64,000 bases of DNA from Alphaproteobacteria bacterium. GTDB taxonomy: Bacteria; Pseudomonadota; Alphaproteobacteria; SP197. Both the position numbers and the translations under genes were made by a program. The stretch covers positions 960,001 through 1,024,000 of the forward strand of contig OZ219917.1 in assembly GCA_964291415.2 (NCBI GenBank), written 5' to 3'. How positions within the stretch are numbered: the stretch's first letter is position 1; every line of letters starts with the position of its first letter. The notes under the pieces are model-generated. The model did not search any database and was not told where the DNA came from. It saw only the letters and a program-made list of their open reading frames with translations. Of the stretch, positions 58,101-64,000 are shown one piece after another.

Positions 58101-59936
58101 CTGCTGTCCCGTCACATTCGCCTCATCGGCGCTTTCAATCACATGCACATCTTCATCGATCCGGACCCGGACGCCGAGACGAGCTGGGAGGAACGCAAAC
58201 GCCTGTTCGACCTTCCCCGGTCGACCTGGGCCGACTACGACACGGCCTGCCTGAGCGAAGGCGGCGCCATCTATGAGCGCAGCGCCAAGTCGGTCAGCCT
58301 GTCGCCCCAGAGTCGCAAGGCGCTCGGTATCACCGAGGAGACGCTGACGCCCGCGGAACTCATCCACGCCATGCTGAAAGCCGATGTCGAACTGTTGTGG
58401 AACGGAGGTATCGGCACCTACATCAAGGCGGCCCAGGAAAGCCATGCCAGTGTCGGCGACCGGGCCAACGACGGTGTGCGCGTCAACGGCCGACAGGTAG
58501 GAGCCCGGGTGGTGGGCGAGGGCGGCAATCTCGGCGCCACCCAGGCGGGCCGCATCGAGTACGCGCTCGCCGGTGGCCGTATCAACACGGATGCCATCGA
58601 CAATTCCGGCGGTGTCGACTGTTCGGACCACGAGGTCAACATCAAGATCCTGCTGGGCGATGTCGTCGAGGCGGGCGACATGACGGTCAAGCAGCGTGAC
58701 CGCCTCCTCGAACGGATGACCGGCGAGGTGGCCGGCCTCGTGCTGCGCAGCAACTACCTGCAGACCCAGGCGTTGTCGGTCGCCGAGACCCAGGGGCCGG
58801 CGCTGACCGAGGAACTGGTGCGCCTGATGCGGGTGCTTGAGCACAAGGGGCTTCTGGACCGCAGGGTCGAAGGCCTGCCCGACGATGAGGAACTGGGCGA
58901 ATGGCGTTCCAGGGGTCGCCAATTCACCCGCCCGGAGCTGTCGGTGCTGCTGGCCTGGGCCAAGATGGACCTCTATGCGGAACTCCTCGGTTCGGATCTG
59001 CCCGACGACCCGGACCTGCAGGATGATCTGGTCACCTACTTCCCGGTTCCGCTGAGAAGATCGCACCGCGAGCGAATCCTCGATCACAGGCTGCGCCGCG
59101 AGATTGTCGCCACGGTCACCACCAATTCCATCATCAATCGCGCCGGCATCACCTTCGTGCGCCGCCTGGCGGAGGAAACGGGCCACGATCTTGCCGATAT
59201 CGCCCGCGCCTACAGGGTGGTCCGCGATTCCTTCTCGCTGCGCGATATCTGGATCGGCATCGAGACTCTCGACAACCAGGTTCCCGCCCATGTCCAGTCG
59301 GCAATGCTGAACGAGACCATTCTCCTCATCGAGCGGGTCACGGTGTGGATGCTCCATCACCGCCAGCACCCGATGGCGATCGGAGAAACGACCCGCGCCT
59401 TCCGCCCACAGGTCATGGCGCTGAAGGACAATCTTCCCGATCTGGTCAGCAAGCGGCGCCGGAAGTCGATCAGCCGGGCCTACAGGCGCTTCGTCAAGGA
59501 AGGAGTGCCCGACGACATTGCCGCGCCGGTGGCGAACCTGCGTACGCTCGCATCGGCATGCGACGTCATCGAGACGGCCAATGTCAGGGAGATCGACGTG
59601 ATCGATGCCGCCACGGTCTTCTTCGAGGTCGGGGAGACCTTCGGCGCCGACTGGATGCGCGATGCGCTGGCGCGCCTGCCGGTGGACAATCGCTGGGATC
59701 GCCTTGCTCAGCAGGCTCTCGTCGAGGACAGCTACCTCAAGCAGCGCCGCATCAGCCTCGCTGTCCTGGCCACAGGCGAGCCCGCAGCTTCGGCGACGAC
59801 CCGCTGGATCAGGGACAACCAGGCCCGCGTCGCCCGGGCGAACGCGATCATGAACGATCTGAAGGGCGCCGACTCTCCCGGCAGCTTCGCCATGGCCTCG
59901 GTCGCTGCCCGGGCTCTCGCCTCCCTAGCGGAATGA
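55143..59936 (+). CDS. gdhB: Large NAD-specific glutamate dehydrogenase (~1600 aa)
   Basis: DDMPFLVDSV, HLRGG.VARGGIRWSDR.EDFRTE, VKNAVIVP.GSKGGF, VAADKGTATFSD, GEGGNLG, DNSGGVDCSDHEVNIK. Confidence 0.93.
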   Translation: MQLRDHHQLTERIDEVVRLVRNGFAEEADHAARFAEIFLGGVIYEDVEGISTENLYGEVASLWQFFRHRRAGGAKVRVFDPDPEEDGWQSTHTVIEIVNDDMPFLVDSVVAALNVLGIPVLLLIHPVVHVTRDDDGVQTGIGDGPSESVLHVEITQQPEERHREIVERLHHVLGQVRAAVEDWRPMVACLERHMAALETAPPSVPAGELEEGLAFLKWLLDDHFTFLGYREYRFDRRDGKVFARIVEGENRGILREVTEESRKRHEQALPEHFVQYLESPELFIISKAWTRSDVHRPVFMDYIGLRRFDDSGEVVGEYRFLGLLTSTAYNTSPTQIPLLRRKVAMVMERSGATPGSHNAKALEHILDTFPRDELFQIDVDALESFSRGILHLEHRQRIRLFLRRDSYGQFVSCLVYIPRERYSTDLRRRMEAILLEELNGSSVDVQTQVSDAPMARAQFIVHTPDKDRVEGEPDAIERRLTAASRTWDDDLHDALTEEFGEGRGTVLFHRYRPGIPGGYKEMFSTRLAVADIQRMEAMGDDDIAMNLYRRVDAAEGDLHFKVYHGGTAVPLSGIMPMLEHMGLVVIEEAPYEIRPDDGTVIWIHDFRVQLEHGWRVDVAEVRQRFHETFARVWTGEIEDDDFNNLVLVGLDWRQVVILRAYAKFLMQINAPFSQAYVEQTMAANPAIASLLVDFFETRFDPDRQARAHVRGITLRERILEALDGVVSLDQDRILRRYLNLIEATLRTNFYQTDGAGAVRSCVSFKFDSQAIHGLPEPRPWREIFVYSTRVEAVHLRGGPVARGGIRWSDRFEDFRTEVLGLVKAQVVKNAVIVPVGSKGGFVVKRPPPASAGRDAMQAEGVACYRMFMAAMLDITDNISGGHVVTRERLVRRDDDDPYLVVAADKGTATFSDIANDVAAGYGHWLGDAFASGGSAGYDHKAMAITAKGAWEAVRRHFREIGKDVECEDFTVIGVGDMMGDVFGNGMLLSRHIRLIGAFNHMHIFIDPDPDAETSWEERKRLFDLPRSTWADYDTACLSEGGAIYERSAKSVSLSPQSRKALGITEETLTPAELIHAMLKADVELLWNGGIGTYIKAAQESHASVGDRANDGVRVNGRQVGARVVGEGGNLGATQAGRIEYALAGGRINTDAIDNSGGVDCSDHEVNIKILLGDVVEAGDMTVKQRDRLLERMTGEVAGLVLRSNYLQTQALSVAETQGPALTEELVRLMRVLEHKGLLDRRVEGLPDDEELGEWRSRGRQFTRPELSVLLAWAKMDLYAELLGSDLPDDPDLQDDLVTYFPVPLRRSHRERILDHRLRREIVATVTTNSIINRAGITFVRRLAEETGHDLADIARAYRVVRDSFSLRDIWIGIETLDNQVPAHVQSAMLNETILLIERVTVWMLHHRQHPMAIGETTRAFRPQVMALKDNLPDLVSKRRRKSISRAYRRFVKEGVPDDIAAPVANLRTLASACDVIETANVREIDVIDAATVFFEVGETFGADWMRDALARLPVDNRWDRLAQQALVEDSYLKQRRISLAVLATGEPAASATTRWIRDNQARVARANAIMNDLKGADSPGSFAMASVAARALASLAE

Positions 59937-60871
59937 GCCGGGCCTTCCTTCTTGTCAGCCGGTACGAGGATGCCGTCGCATGGCGCCAGGAGCTTCTCGC
60001 CCTGGTGCCGGGCATGGACTTTCGCGTCTGGCCCGATTGCGCCGATCCGGGTGACGTGACGATGATCGCCATCGACTACGACGACATCTCCGGCGAGCTC
60101 CTGGGTTCCTTTCCCAATCTTCGCTGCATCGTCTATCTCGGTCACGGAGCCGGCGACCTGCTCGATCATCCGGCCATGCCTGCAGGCGTCGACGTCGTCC
60201 GCCTGAAGGATCCAGGCCTGATCGGCGCCATGGTGGAATACGTCATCCTCCACATCCTGCGCGACCTCAGGATGGAGCCGCTCTACCGCGAGCAGCAGAG
60301 AACGCGCGTGTGGCGCCAGCACCTTCCCCGTCTCGCGAGGGACGTGCATGTCGGTGTCATGGGCCTCGGCTCGACTGGCAGCGCCATCGCCCGGGCCCTC
60401 GCCGGTCTCCGTTTCAGGGTGTCGGGCTGGGCGAAGAGCGCCCATGTCCTTGAAGGCGTGACGTGCCTCAACGGCCGGGACACTCTTGCCAGGTTCCTGG
60501 GCGATCTCGACTACTGCGTCTCGACGCTCCCGCTGACCCGGGAAACGAGAGACCTCGTCGACGCCACCACCATCGCTGCCATGAAGACGGGTGCTCATTT
60601 CATCAACATCGGCCGTGGCGCCACCGTCGTCGAAGAGGACCTCCTCGCCGCCATCGAGAGCGGCCACCTGTCGGGCGCCACTCTCGACGTCTTCCGCACC
60701 GAGCCGTTGCCCCGGGACCACCCCTTCTGGTCCCATCCGAAGGTCACGGTCACACCCCACGAGTCCGCCGGCCGTCTTGACGGCTCGCTCCCGGCCATTG
60801 CCGAGAACTGGCAACGCCTCCTCCAGGGCCGCCCTCTCATCAATCTCGCCGATCCCCAGAAGGGCTACTGA
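59933..60871 (+). CDS. ghrA: D-2-hydroxyacid dehydrogenase, glyoxylate/hydroxypyruvate reductase A-like
   Basis: VRLKD..M.EYV, GVMGLG, LPLT.ET, INIGRG, LDVF..EPLP..HP, TPH; ATGA overlap with the gdh stop. Confidence 0.75.
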   Translation: MSRAFLLVSRYEDAVAWRQELLALVPGMDFRVWPDCADPGDVTMIAIDYDDISGELLGSFPNLRCIVYLGHGAGDLLDHPAMPAGVDVVRLKDPGLIGAMVEYVILHILRDLRMEPLYREQQRTRVWRQHLPRLARDVHVGVMGLGSTGSAIARALAGLRFRVSGWAKSAHVLEGVTCLNGRDTLARFLGDLDYCVSTLPLTRETRDLVDATTIAAMKTGAHFINIGRGATVVEEDLLAAIESGHLSGATLDVFRTEPLPRDHPFWSHPKVTVTPHESAGRLDGSLPAIAENWQRLLQGRPLINLADPQKGY

Positions 60872-60919
60872 GACCGCCGCACGCAGACGACGAACGGTCC
60901 TGCACGACAGGAGGACGAC

Positions 60920-62152
60920 ATGCCGAGGGATTCTCACCATGCACAGGAAGAACCGCGCTGGCAGGTTTTCGAAGCGGCTGCGGGTGTAAGCCGGCGGGGC
61001 TTCGTCGCCGGCGCCGGGCTGTTCGGCATGACGATCCCCTTTCATTCCGTCATGCCGACCGCCCTTGCCAGCGACGACGCTCTGGCCGGCAAGAACGGGC
61101 TCACGCTCTTGAATGACCTGCCGCTCAATGCCGAGACGCCGGCGCATCTGCTCGACGATGCGATCACTCCCACCAGCCGGCACTTCATCCGCAATAACGG
61201 CCTGCCTCCGGAAGATGTCGATGCCGCCGGCTGGACGCTCGCCGTGGAAGGGCTGGTGAACAGCCCCGCAGTGTTTTCGATCGACGAGCTTCGCGGACGG
61301 TTCGAAGTGGTGACCATGGCGCTTACCATCGAATGCGGCGGCAACGGCCGGGCCTTCTTCGACCCTCCGGTGGGGGGCGAACAGTGGACCACGGGCGCCG
61401 TCGCCTGCTCGGAATGGACCGGCGTCAGGCTCGCCGACGTGCTGAAGAAGGTCGGTGTGCGGCCAGGTGCCGTCTACACCGCGCACTACAGCGCGGACAC
61501 GCTTGTTTCCGGCGACGAGGGCAAGCTGCCGATCTCTCGCGGTGTGCCGATCGCCAAGGCCATGACGGGCAATGTACTCATTGCCTTTGCCATGAACGGC
61601 GGACCGCTGCACAGGCACAATGGCGCACCGCTCCGCCTCGTGGTGCCGGGCTGGCCGGGTGCCTGTTCCCAGAAGTGGCTGCGCCGCGTCGAGATCCGCG
61701 ACCAGGTGCATGACGGACCGAAGATGACCGGCACCTCCTACCGGGTGCCGCGCTACCCGGTCGCTCCGGGCGAAAGGGTGCCGGAAGAGGATTTCGACAT
61801 CATCGAGCGCATGCCGGTCAAATCCCTGGTGACGTCACCGCAACATGGCGCAACAGTCACCCGCGAGATCGACGTGCGCGGACACGCCTGGTCGGGCGAC
61901 CGGACCGTTTCCGCAGTCCACATCTCCATCGATCTCGGCAGGACCTGGATGACGGCCGAACTCGACGCGCCGGTCAACCCGGGCGCCTGGCAGAACTGGC
62001 GCCGCAGGATCGCCTTTCCCCAGGCCGGGTACTACGAGGTCTGGTCACGGGCGAGCGACAGTGAGGGCGACGTGCAGCCGTTCGCCATCGACTGGAACCC
62101 GAAAGGCTATCTCAACAACTCCGTGCACCGGATCGCACTGCGCGTGACCTGA
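60920..62152 (+). CDS. Tat-exported molybdopterin sulfite oxidase/dehydrogenase (SorT/SorA-like)
   Basis: SRRGFV Tat motif, PLNAETP, FIRNNG, ECGGNGR (Mo-binding Cys), NGAPLRL..PGW.G..SQKW, WNPKGY.NN. Confidence 0.88.
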   Translation: MPRDSHHAQEEPRWQVFEAAAGVSRRGFVAGAGLFGMTIPFHSVMPTALASDDALAGKNGLTLLNDLPLNAETPAHLLDDAITPTSRHFIRNNGLPPEDVDAAGWTLAVEGLVNSPAVFSIDELRGRFEVVTMALTIECGGNGRAFFDPPVGGEQWTTGAVACSEWTGVRLADVLKKVGVRPGAVYTAHYSADTLVSGDEGKLPISRGVPIAKAMTGNVLIAFAMNGGPLHRHNGAPLRLVVPGWPGACSQKWLRRVEIRDQVHDGPKMTGTSYRVPRYPVAPGERVPEEDFDIIERMPVKSLVTSPQHGATVTREIDVRGHAWSGDRTVSAVHISIDLGRTWMTAELDAPVNPGAWQNWRRRIAFPQAGYYEVWSRASDSEGDVQPFAIDWNPKGYLNNSVHRIALRVT

Positions 62153-62164
62153 TCACGGGGCGCG

Positions 62165-62323
62165 TGCTGCGCTATCGATGCCGACGACGTTTCCATTGGT
62201 CTGCCGCCTTGCAATGGCGGTCTGTTCGATCGGCGTCGCGCGCCACCGTTGGGGCGTGTCCGGCTCGCCGATGCGGTGATGGTTGATGTGATTGACGCAT
62301 TGTCGTTTGAGCAGACACCGCAT
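62165..62323 (+). pseudogene. Internal fragment resembling a type IIG (Eco57I-like) restriction-modification enzyme
   Basis: CAIDADDVSIGLPPCNGGLFDRRRAPPLGRVRLADAVMVDVIDALSFEQTP; P.(Y)NGGLF is the motif preceding the MTase domain in type IIG enzymes; no start or remainder. Confidence 0.55.
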
Positions 62324-62520
62324 CCCGCACACCAGAATTGGTCCAATTCTCCCCAATGTTGGGGACGCGCGGAAGCCCGCAGCTGCACTATTCTCACCAA
62401 GGCAACGAGGGTCTTCCGGAAGGTGAATTAGCTCATAGCCAGCGAGCAATGTCGCTCCCCCGAAGGAAAGCGGCATTCGAAGTGGAACGTCCTCGAACCA
62501 GCAAACAGGAGTGGTGACCG

Positions 62521-63516
62521 ATGAAAACAACTCCCACCCGGCGCACAGGCTTGGCCGTCCTCGCCGCGGCCGTGATCGCGGCCAGTTCGTGGGTACCCGC
62601 ACAGGGCGCCGACAAAGTACTCGACAGTATTCACTTCCTGATACCGGGCGGTGCCGGCGGCGGCTGGGACGGTACGGCCCGCGGCACCGGAGAGGCCCTC
62701 ACGAAGTCCGGCATCATCGGCAACGCATCCTATGAAAACTTGTCGGGCGGTGGTGGCGGCAAGGCCATCGGCTACCTGATCGAGAACGCCGAATCGAACC
62801 ACGGCACTCTGATGGTCAACTCGACGCCGATCATCATACGATCGCTGATCGGGCGTTTCCCGCACAATTTTCGCGACCTGACCATGATTGCCAGCACGAT
62901 CGGCGACTACGCGGCGTTCGTCACCGGCAAGAACAGCGCCTACGAAGATTTTCCTGCGCTCGTCGCGGCGTTCAAGGAAGATCCGCGCAGCGTATCGATC
63001 GGCGGCGGCTCCGTACCGGGCGGCTTGGACCACCTGGTTGCCGCCCTGGCCTTCGACGCCGCCGGCGCTGATCCGACCAGGATGAAGTACATTCCCTATG
63101 ACGCCGGCGGCAAGTTGAATGCGGCGATCCTGTCCGGCGAGGTCCAGGCGGGTTCGACCGGATTCTCCGAAGCTGTCGAGCTTGTCAAGGCCGGCGAGAT
63201 GCGAATTCTTGCGGTGACCTCCAGCGAGCGCGTGGCGGCGTTCGCGGATGCGCCGACGCTCAGGGAACAGGGCGTCGATGCAACCTTCGTCAACTGGCGC
63301 GGCTTCTTCGGCGCACCGGGATTGCCGGAAGACATGGCGGCGCTGTACCGCAAGGCCATCGCCGCCATGTACGGCACCCCGGAATGGGAGGCCGTGCGCG
63401 ACCGCAACGGTTGGGTGGACATCCACAATTCCGGCGAGGACTTCACGGCCTTCCTCGAGAACCAGGAGAAGGTGATCAAGGAACTGATGCAGAGGCTCGG
63501 TTTCCTGGGGAACTAG
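62521..63516 (+). CDS. tctC: Tripartite tricarboxylate transporter substrate-binding protein
   Basis: IPGGAGGGWDGTAR, N.SGGGG, GGGS..GGLDH, PTLREQG, NWRG; AGGAG RBS. Confidence 0.88.
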   Translation: MKTTPTRRTGLAVLAAAVIAASSWVPAQGADKVLDSIHFLIPGGAGGGWDGTARGTGEALTKSGIIGNASYENLSGGGGGKAIGYLIENAESNHGTLMVNSTPIIIRSLIGRFPHNFRDLTMIASTIGDYAAFVTGKNSAYEDFPALVAAFKEDPRSVSIGGGSVPGGLDHLVAALAFDAAGADPTRMKYIPYDAGGKLNAAILSGEVQAGSTGFSEAVELVKAGEMRILAVTSSERVAAFADAPTLREQGVDATFVNWRGFFGAPGLPEDMAALYRKAIAAMYGTPEWEAVRDRNGWVDIHNSGEDFTAFLENQEKVIKELMQRLGFLGN

Positions 63517-63595
63517 GCCAGCCTGCCGGGAGCGCCGTCCCGGAACGCCCGGTCGGCCGTTTCCTCCCGGCGTACGGAAAGGATCGGACGGCGCC

Positions 63596-64000
63596 ATGAC
63601 ATTGGAACGCGCTATTGCCGGGATATTCGTCGTGGTTTGCCTGGCTTACGGATACACCGCCTTCGTGACCATGGAAGAGGCACTCTTGCCCTTCGAGCGT
63701 AACATGGTGTTCCTGCCCAACACCCTGCCCAAATGGCTGAGCGTGATCGGTGTCCTGACGGGGCTGGTCGTGGCCATCCAGTCCGGGCCGGCTTCCCGGC
63801 CAGAGGTGGATCCCGATGATATCGACGTACGGAACATCCGGCAGTACAAGCTCGGCCAGGCGGTTTCCCTGCTGGCCCTGATGGCGGCGTATGCACTGTT
63901 GCTGCGGCCCATCGGGTTTGTCGCCGCGACGACGCTGTTCCTCGCCGCGGGCGCCACGGTCCTGGGCGAACGGCGGTATCTCGTCCTGGTTCCCGTGTCG
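63596..64000 (+). CDS. tctB: Tripartite tricarboxylate transporter small membrane subunit (partial)
   Basis: Manual translation MTLERAIAGIFVVVCLAYGY...LPFE...PNTLPK...MAAYALLLRPIGFVAAT..FL; follows tctC and runs off the window. Confidence 0.75.
   Translation, partial: MTLERAIAGIFVVVCLAYGYTAFVTMEEALLPFERNMVFLPNTLPKWLSVIGVLTGLVVAIQSGPASRPEVDPDDIDVRNIRQYKLGQAVSLLALMAAYALLLRPIGFVAATTLFLAAGATVLGERRYLVLVPVS

Noticed and set aside
56592-59369. 925-aa minus-strand ORF, and similar long antisense ORFs (6-887, 872-1903, 14939-16567, 32494-34353, 50771-52330, 59732-61711)
   Set aside because: Shadow ORFs opposite well-supported genes, expected in high-GC DNA; no motifs.
1-64000. CRISPR array, prophage, IS element or intact defence system
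   Set aside because: No regularly spaced repeats, cas, integrase, transposase or phage genes recognised by eye; short or degenerate elements could have been missed.

Overview
GC-rich alphaproteobacterial chromosome segment. The assignment rests on the GAAC-N7-GAAC LexA boxes and the DUF3576-leuS-lptE-holA and dciA/mutY gene orders; a marine or host-associated lifestyle is inference only. Core genes (fdx-mnmA, tRNA-Met, dciA/mutY/rnhB, cysQ, holA-lptE-leuS, tRNA-Arg, large NAD-glutamate dehydrogenase) alternate with many transport and catabolic genes for amines, betaines, sulfonates and phosphonates. Main highlights: (1) a Rieske oxygenase co-transcribed with an orphan two-domain ectoine-synthase (EctC)-like protein, inside an ~11 kb oxygenase block with several doubled modules; (2) a PotDABC + gamma-glutamyl ligase + Zn-ADH + Baeyer-Villiger monooxygenase + esterase operon suggesting an amino-alcohol catabolic route; (3) a full-length decayed second copy of tRNA-Met that, with the intact copy, brackets an orphan binding-protein gene; (4) a LexA box in front of an unannotated ribbon-helix-helix gene; (5) several small gene relics and two nearby +1 frameshifts. 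No CRISPR array, rRNA, integrase or transposase was seen. All calls come from reading motifs by eye; no searches were run.
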